From assembly GCA_050309605.1 (NCBI GenBank), contig JBNRMN010000067.1, positions 32,001-96,000 on the forward strand: 64,000 nucleotides of DNA, in the 5' to 3' direction. Numbering within the stretch: the first letter of the stretch is position 1; each line of letters begins with the position of its first letter. Under the pieces are notes generated by a model. That model was not told the origin of the DNA and did no database searches. It saw nothing but the letters and a program-made list of their open reading frames with translations. Of the stretch, positions 58,965 through 64,000 are shown one piece after another. The position numbers were made by a program, and so were the translations under genes. This DNA is from Anaerohalosphaeraceae bacterium (GTDB lineage Bacteria; Planctomycetota; Phycisphaerae; Sedimentisphaerales; Anaerohalosphaeraceae).

Positions 58965-59387
58965 ATGGCACTGGAATTGAGCGCTCTTGAAAAAGCTGTC
59001 AATTCGTTTGAAAAGGCAGTTGATGCCGTCAACACAGCTTCGCATATTCCCGGCCTTGACGAAGATATTCTCGACACGGTCAAGGCGGGGGTCATTCAAA
59101 ACTTTGAATTTACCTATGAATTGTGCTGGAAGTTTATCAAGCGGTGGCTCCAGGCCAATTATGGCCCGTCGTTTGCCGAGGGCGTCCATCGCCGCGAACT
59201 GTTTCGGATGGCGGCGGAAAACGGACTGATTGATGACGTTATGCTGTGGATGGATTTTCATCAGTCGCGCAATCTGACATCGCATACCTACGATCAGGGT
59301 GTGGCCGATGAGGTCTTTGAAATCGCGCTGAAATTTTTACCTGAAGCCCGGCGGTTGCTCAAGGCAATTGAGGCGCGCAATGATTGA
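58965..59387 (+). CDS. HI0074-family HEPN protein (putative HepT-like toxin)
   Basis: GVIQNFEFTYELCWK; RNLTSHTY (R-x4-H-x-Y). Confidence 0.9.
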   Translation: MALELSALEKAVNSFEKAVDAVNTASHIPGLDEDILDTVKAGVIQNFEFTYELCWKFIKRWLQANYGPSFAEGVHRRELFRMAAENGLIDDVMLWMDFHQSRNLTSHTYDQGVADEVFEIALKFLPEARRLLKAIEARND

Positions 59388-59688
59388 CGTAACCGACCGG
59401 CAGATGGAATTGATTCGAGCGATTCTGGCCCGATATGTTCCTCACGCCGAGGTGCGGGCGTTTGGTTCGCGCGCCGACGGGACGGCTCGCAGGCATTCCG
59501 ATCTGGATATTGCGATTGTCGGCGATACAAAAATCGACTTTAGTACGCTCAACCGCCTGCGCGAGGCGTTTGAGGACAGCGAACTGCCGTTTCGTGTGGA
59601 TGTGCTGGATTGGCACGCTATCGCTGAGGACTTTCGCAAAGTGATTGACAGGCACTATGTTGTGATTCAACCGTTGCCAAAACAATAG
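59380..59688 (+). CDS. Minimal nucleotidyltransferase (MNT, putative antitoxin)
   Basis: FGSRADGTARRHSDLDIA (GS-x10-DxD), LPFRVDVLD; overlaps the HEPN stop by 8 nt. Confidence 0.92.
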   Translation: MIDVTDRQMELIRAILARYVPHAEVRAFGSRADGTARRHSDLDIAIVGDTKIDFSTLNRLREAFEDSELPFRVDVLDWHAIAEDFRKVIDRHYVVIQPLPKQ

Positions 59689-59773
59689 AGGGGCATTGCT
59701 TGGATATTCACCCATGCGATTTTTTCTTGGGTGTATGCCGGCGCTTCCCTTTGAATAATCAATAAGATCAATA

Positions 59774-60640
59774 ATGCAAAAAAACATTGAATATCATCAG
59801 ATTGTTGAGTCGGTCCGGCAGGCGTGCATGACGGCGGCCTTTGAGCTGCCGGCGGATGTGCACGACGCCCTGAAGCGGGCGCGTCAGGCCGAGACCCATC
59901 CGCGAGCGCAGCGGATCCTTGATCAGCTTCTGGAGAACGCCCGCCTGGCGGCTGCGGATCGGATTGCGATGTGTCAGGATACGGGGCTGGTGGTGGTGTT
60001 CGTCGAGCTGGGGGTCGATGTTCGGATTGCCCCGCCGCAGAACAGAACAGAAGCGACTATCACCGATGCGATCAATGAGGGAATCGCGGCAGGCTATGAG
60101 CAGGGTTATTTGCGAAAAAGCGTGGTCGCCGAGCCGCTCGGCCGGCGTTCCAACACCACCACCAATACGCCCGCGATCATTCATTATGAGATCGTCTCCG
60201 GCGACCGGTTGCGGATATCGCTGATGGCCAAGGGCGGCGGCTGCGAGAATAAAAGCCAATTCCATATGTTCAACCCCACCGCCTCGGAAGTCGATATTAA
60301 AAACTGGATTGTTGAAGTCGTTAAATCCGCCGGGCCAAACGCCTGTCCCCCATTCGTGGTGGGGATAGGGCTGGGAGGTAACTTTGAACAGTCGTGCCTG
60401 CTGAGCAAGCGGGCACTGCTGCGCGACATCGGGTCCAGTCACCCTGATTCGTTTTATGCTCGTTTGGAAAGTGACCTGCTGGCCGCAGTCAACGCCACCG
60501 GTCTCGGCCCGCAGGGACTGGGCGGCGATACGACGGCCCTGGCGGTGCATATCGAGACCGCTCCGTGCCATATTGCCTCACTGCCGGTCGCGGTGAACAT
60601 CGAATGCCATGCCCATCGACATGTGCATTGGGTACTGTAA
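59774..60640 (+). CDS. Fe-S hydro-lyase, fumarate hydratase class I / tartrate dehydratase alpha subunit
   Basis: CQDTG, LRKSVV, KGGGCEN, NACPP, GPQGLGG, CHIASLPVAVN-x2-CHA-x-RH. Confidence 0.93.
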   Translation: MQKNIEYHQIVESVRQACMTAAFELPADVHDALKRARQAETHPRAQRILDQLLENARLAAADRIAMCQDTGLVVVFVELGVDVRIAPPQNRTEATITDAINEGIAAGYEQGYLRKSVVAEPLGRRSNTTTNTPAIIHYEIVSGDRLRISLMAKGGGCENKSQFHMFNPTASEVDIKNWIVEVVKSAGPNACPPFVVGIGLGGNFEQSCLLSKRALLRDIGSSHPDSFYARLESDLLAAVNATGLGPQGLGGDTTALAVHIETAPCHIASLPVAVNIECHAHRHVHWVL

Positions 60641-60810
60641 TTTAGATCAAACAAAAAGACCTCTTTTAAGTTTAGATTTAGACGGACACACTCCCAACAA
60701 ACTAATCATACAATATCTTTTTTTCTAAGTTTTATGAAAAAAAATTTTGACGGGGTTGTTTTTTGACATAATTTCAGTATAATGTGTTTCGTCAGTTTTA
60801 GGAGTGCATT

Positions 60811-61206
60811 ATGGACGACATGGCAGTCTTACGCCCTCGTGTCTTTGTGGTTGAAGACGACCCCGCTTATCAGCGTCTGTTGGAGCTGGCTCTTAGGCGG
60901 TTGGGTTGTGAGTGTCAATGCTGCACGGACGGAAGGACGGCCCTCGATTCGATCATTTCCAACCCCTACGATCTGGTCATTATAGACATCCATATTCCTG
61001 AACTGGACGGTTTTATGGTGGCTTGTCAGCTTCGGGAGATGGGGTACACCCAGCCGTTGGTGGCCATTTCAGCGTTGAGTCTGGAAGGTATTGACGGCAA
61101 GGCCAGGGCGGTCGGATTTAACGATTTTCTGCAAAAACCCCTCGAAGACGAGCACATCTCACAATTGCTTGATCGGTATATCGTCAATCACGAAGCGAGA
61201 AGCTGA
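60811..61206 (+). CDS. Single-domain response regulator (CheY-like)
   Basis: VVEDD, DLVIIDIHIPELDG, ISA, FLQKP. Confidence 0.9.
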   Translation: MDDMAVLRPRVFVVEDDPAYQRLLELALRRLGCECQCCTDGRTALDSIISNPYDLVIIDIHIPELDGFMVACQLREMGYTQPLVAISALSLEGIDGKARAVGFNDFLQKPLEDEHISQLLDRYIVNHEARS

Positions 61207-61217
61207 CAGCCGCTGCT

Positions 61218-62483
61218 TTAGCCTTCGTTTTGCTCAAACACTGCGATGTCCATCAGACGTTCACTTTTGGCCACGATACAGGTGACCACCGCATCACCGA
61301 TGACATTGACTGCGGTGCGGAGCATATCCAGCAGACGATCCACGCCGATAATCAGGGCAATACCTTCGACGGGAAGATTGACCTGACGCAGTACCATAGT
61401 CAGTGTAATGAGTCCCACCCCCGGCACGCCGGCGGTGCCGATCGAGGCCAGCGTTGCGGTTACGATTACCATTACATAGCCGCTCCATCCGATCTCAATG
61501 CCGTACGCCTGGGCGATGAATATCGTCGCCACGCCTTTCATAATCGCCGTGCCGTCCATATTGATGGTTGCCCCCAGCGGAATCGTAAACGAGGCCACGC
61601 TCGGATGCACACCCAATCGATGTTCCACCGTTTCCAGTGTTATCGGCAGCGTCGCGCTGCTGCTGGCGGTACTGAAGGCAAAGACGGGGACCTGACGAAA
61701 TTTCTTCAGCATCTGAAACGGACTGAGTCCCGAACCCAACTTCAGTACAATCGGATAGACCACCAGTCCGTGCAGCAGCAGGACCGCAATCACCAGAGTA
61801 AAATATTTGCCCAGCGGCAAGATAACATCCAGCCCCTGTTCGGCAAAAACCTTGGCCAGCAAGGCAAACACCCCGAACGGCGCAACCTGCATCAGCATCA
61901 TGACCAGCCGCATCACGACGTCATTAAGGTGCTTAAACAAATTCAGGACAGTTTTCCCGCTGTCGCCGGCAAGGGTGATCGCCAGTCCCGTCAGAATCGA
62001 GAAAACAATAATCTGCAGCATATTCGCCTCGACCATTGCCTCAAAGGGATTGCTGGGAAACATATTGATCAGCGTCTCCTTCAGAGACGGCGCTTCGCTT
62101 GGGGTAAATTCAAGATGTGTGGTCAGTTCCAGTCCGGCGCCCGGCTGAACCCATACGCCCGCGGCCAGCGCCAGCGAAATCGCCGCCGCCGTGGTCAGCA
62201 GATACAGGATGACGGTTTTGCCGCCGATTCGACCCAACTCGCGAAGATCGTTCAATTCCGCCGTCCCGCATACCAGCGAAACGAAGACCACCGGCACGAC
62301 GATCAGTTGAAGGCTGTTGACGAAGATTTGACCGATGACATCGAGCAGACCTTCCGTCAGATAGATGCGAATGCCGCCTTCATTACCGAGAACATTCAGC
62401 ACCGCCCCCGCGACAATGCCCAGAGCCATACCCATAAAGATACGCGATGTCAATCCCTTGACCGGTTTATCAGGCGAAGCCAT
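61218..62483 (-). CDS. Dicarboxylate/amino acid:cation symporter (DAACS)
   Basis: AFSTASSSATLP, GATINMDGT, SIGTAGVPG, DRLLDMLRT-x-VN. Confidence 0.95.
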   Translation of the reverse strand: MASPDKPVKGLTSRIFMGMALGIVAGAVLNVLGNEGGIRIYLTEGLLDVIGQIFVNSLQLIVVPVVFVSLVCGTAELNDLRELGRIGGKTVILYLLTTAAAISLALAAGVWVQPGAGLELTTHLEFTPSEAPSLKETLINMFPSNPFEAMVEANMLQIIVFSILTGLAITLAGDSGKTVLNLFKHLNDVVMRLVMMLMQVAPFGVFALLAKVFAEQGLDVILPLGKYFTLVIAVLLLHGLVVYPIVLKLGSGLSPFQMLKKFRQVPVFAFSTASSSATLPITLETVEHRLGVHPSVASFTIPLGATINMDGTAIMKGVATIFIAQAYGIEIGWSGYVMVIVTATLASIGTAGVPGVGLITLTMVLRQVNLPVEGIALIIGVDRLLDMLRTAVNVIGDAVVTCIVAKSERLMDIAVFEQNEG

Positions 62484-62501
62484 CGTGTGGTACTCCCGTT
62501 G

Positions 62502-63755
62502 TCAGTGGGGTTTTGCGCCGCCCGACGAACGGCGGTTTTGGCGGCGGGGTCGGCGGCCTTTGGTGTCGGCGGTCTTTTTGTGCTCGGCGCCGCGCGGGCC
62601 GCGTTTTTTGCCTGTCCGTTTGCCGCGTTTGGGCGGCAAGGACAAATCCGGCTCCTGGCCCAGCCAGACGGGAGTGATTTTATTCTGACGTAAAATGGTT
62701 TTGAGCCGTTGGATATCGCGCGGCGTGCAGAAGGTGACCGCCCGGCCTTTGCGCCCCATCCGTGCCGTGCGGCCGGTGCGATGGGTATAGGCTTCGGCGT
62801 TTTGCGGAAAGTCATAGTTGATCACATGCGAGGCGTGAGCAAAATCCAGCCCGCGCGCGGCGATGTCGGTGGCGATCATATATTTGATCTGCTGTTTTTT
62901 GAAGCGGCGAAACAGACTGGTACGTTTGTTCTGATCCTGGCCGCCGTGAATCATCTCAACCGAATCGGCTTTCTTTTTCAAATGGTCATACAGCGTTTCA
63001 CAGCCTCGGCGGCTGTTGCAGAACAAGATCGCCTGGACCGGTTTTTCGGTGTCGATTAATTCGAGCAGCGTGTCCAGTCGGTGATGCGGCTTGACCAATT
63101 TGAAACAATGCTCCAGCGAGGCCGGGGCGGCCTGTTCTTTGTTCAACTCCACCAGCACGGGGGCGTTGAGGTATTTTTGGGTCAGCCGTTTGATCTCGGT
63201 CGGCATCGTGGCGCTGAACAAAAGCGTCTGATGCTCGTGAACCAGACACGAACAAATAAAATCAACGTCCTGCTCAAAGCCCTGATCGAGCATCTCGTCG
63301 GCTTCATCCAGCACAAACGTCTGCACATCCGAGAGCCGCAGCGAGGTGTTATACAGCATATCGATCAGTCGGCCGGGCGTGGCGACCAGAATATGCACGC
63401 CGTGGTCGAGCTTGCCCATCTGGATGGCCATCGAAAACCCACCGTAAATCGCAAACGATTCGATGTCGGTGTATTTGGCGATTTGCGATATTTCCGTGAC
63501 GTATTGCAGGGCCAGCTCGCGCGTCGGCACCAGAATCAGTGCCTGTACCGTGCGCCGAGCCGGATCCACTGCCTGAACCAGGGGCACCGCACAGGCGGCG
63601 GTCTTGCCCGATCCGGTCTCGGCCAGGGCAATCATATCGCGCCCGGCCAGAATATGCGGCAGCGTTTGTTCCTGCACCGGCGTGAGCGTCTCGTAGCCCA
63701 TCTTCACCAGGGCTTTGAGTATCTGAGGCTTCAAATCCAATTCGTCAAATCGCAT
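62502..63755 (-). CDS. DEAD-box RNA helicase
   Basis: Q motif, AETGSGKT, PTRELA, TPGRL, DEAD, SAT, ARGLD, HRTGRTAR, basic C-terminal tail. Confidence 0.97.
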   Translation of the reverse strand: MRFDELDLKPQILKALVKMGYETLTPVQEQTLPHILAGRDMIALAETGSGKTAACAVPLVQAVDPARRTVQALILVPTRELALQYVTEISQIAKYTDIESFAIYGGFSMAIQMGKLDHGVHILVATPGRLIDMLYNTSLRLSDVQTFVLDEADEMLDQGFEQDVDFICSCLVHEHQTLLFSATMPTEIKRLTQKYLNAPVLVELNKEQAAPASLEHCFKLVKPHHRLDTLLELIDTEKPVQAILFCNSRRGCETLYDHLKKKADSVEMIHGGQDQNKRTSLFRRFKKQQIKYMIATDIAARGLDFAHASHVINYDFPQNAEAYTHRTGRTARMGRKGRAVTFCTPRDIQRLKTILRQNKITPVWLGQEPDLSLPPKRGKRTGKKRGPRGAEHKKTADTKGRRPRRQNRRSSGGAKPH

Positions 63756-63819
63756 CGCTGTCCATCTCTATTTCTGAAACCACAGATGCCGCGGATTTCA
63801 TACGCGGTGTTAGACCCAT

Positions 63820-63999
63820 TCATTCGTCCAGCGGACGAATCCAGATGTTGCGAAACCGCACCAAATCGCCGTGATCCTGAAGCCGCAGCGGCAGTTTGTC
63901 CGGATGCGGTTGATAGGCGGCTCGCTGTTTGTGGAATGTCGTGCCCTGAATTTCCCAATGATCCTGAACAAGCACCCCGTTGTGCAGCACGGTCACCGT
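63820..63999 (-). CDS. C-terminus of a DUF1080 (3-keto-disaccharide hydrolase-like) protein, 5' part outside window
   Basis: Own translation: TVTVLHNGVLVQDH...LPLRLQDHGDLVRFRNIWIRPLDE*. Confidence 0.85.
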   Translation of the reverse strand, partial: TVTVLHNGVLVQDHWEIQGTTFHKQRAAYQPHPDKLPLRLQDHGDLVRFRNIWIRPLDE

Positions 64000-64000
64000 A

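Overview
GC-rich bacterial chromosome segment. Gene content suggests an anaerobic Planctomycetota member, probably Phycisphaerae/Sedimentisphaerales-like (inference from C-terminal paired EF-hand/dockerin-like tags, the SpoIVB-S55/beta-propeller pair, ffh-rpsP-trmD-rplS without rimM, and a split coaC). Most of the window is housekeeping or metabolism: pckG, coaD, queD-like, mcsA/mcsB, menG/menA, truD, ffh-rpsP-trmD-rplS-yraN, cobO, rhaB, ackA, ltaE, pheA-tpiA-secG-yicC-gmk-rpoZ-coaC, GH43/GH53/GH13, rluD-like, fbaB, fumarase alpha, a DAACS transporter and a DEAD-box helicase. Accessory highlights: (1) three large secreted modular proteins with dockerin-like tags, one with a TcA-toxin-like helical region and one with a cohesin-like N-terminus, an AT-rich caspase-fold C-terminus and a tightly linked immunity-like gene; (2) a stand-alone SRP M-domain paralogue right after ffh whose RNA-binding arginines are replaced by neutral/acidic residues; (3) mcsA-mcsB coupled to a zincin peptidase and an ATP-grasp ligase instead of clpC; (4) a DUF559 nuclease cassette bounded by nested direct repeats within a REP/BIME-like family; (5) an AT-rich islet with an HrgA-like gene, a DpnD-like gene and a truncated restriction endonuclease; (6) a HEPN-MNT toxin-antitoxin pair. 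No rRNA, tRNA, CRISPR array, integrase or transposase was recognised. All calls come from motif recognition by eye; no searches were run.
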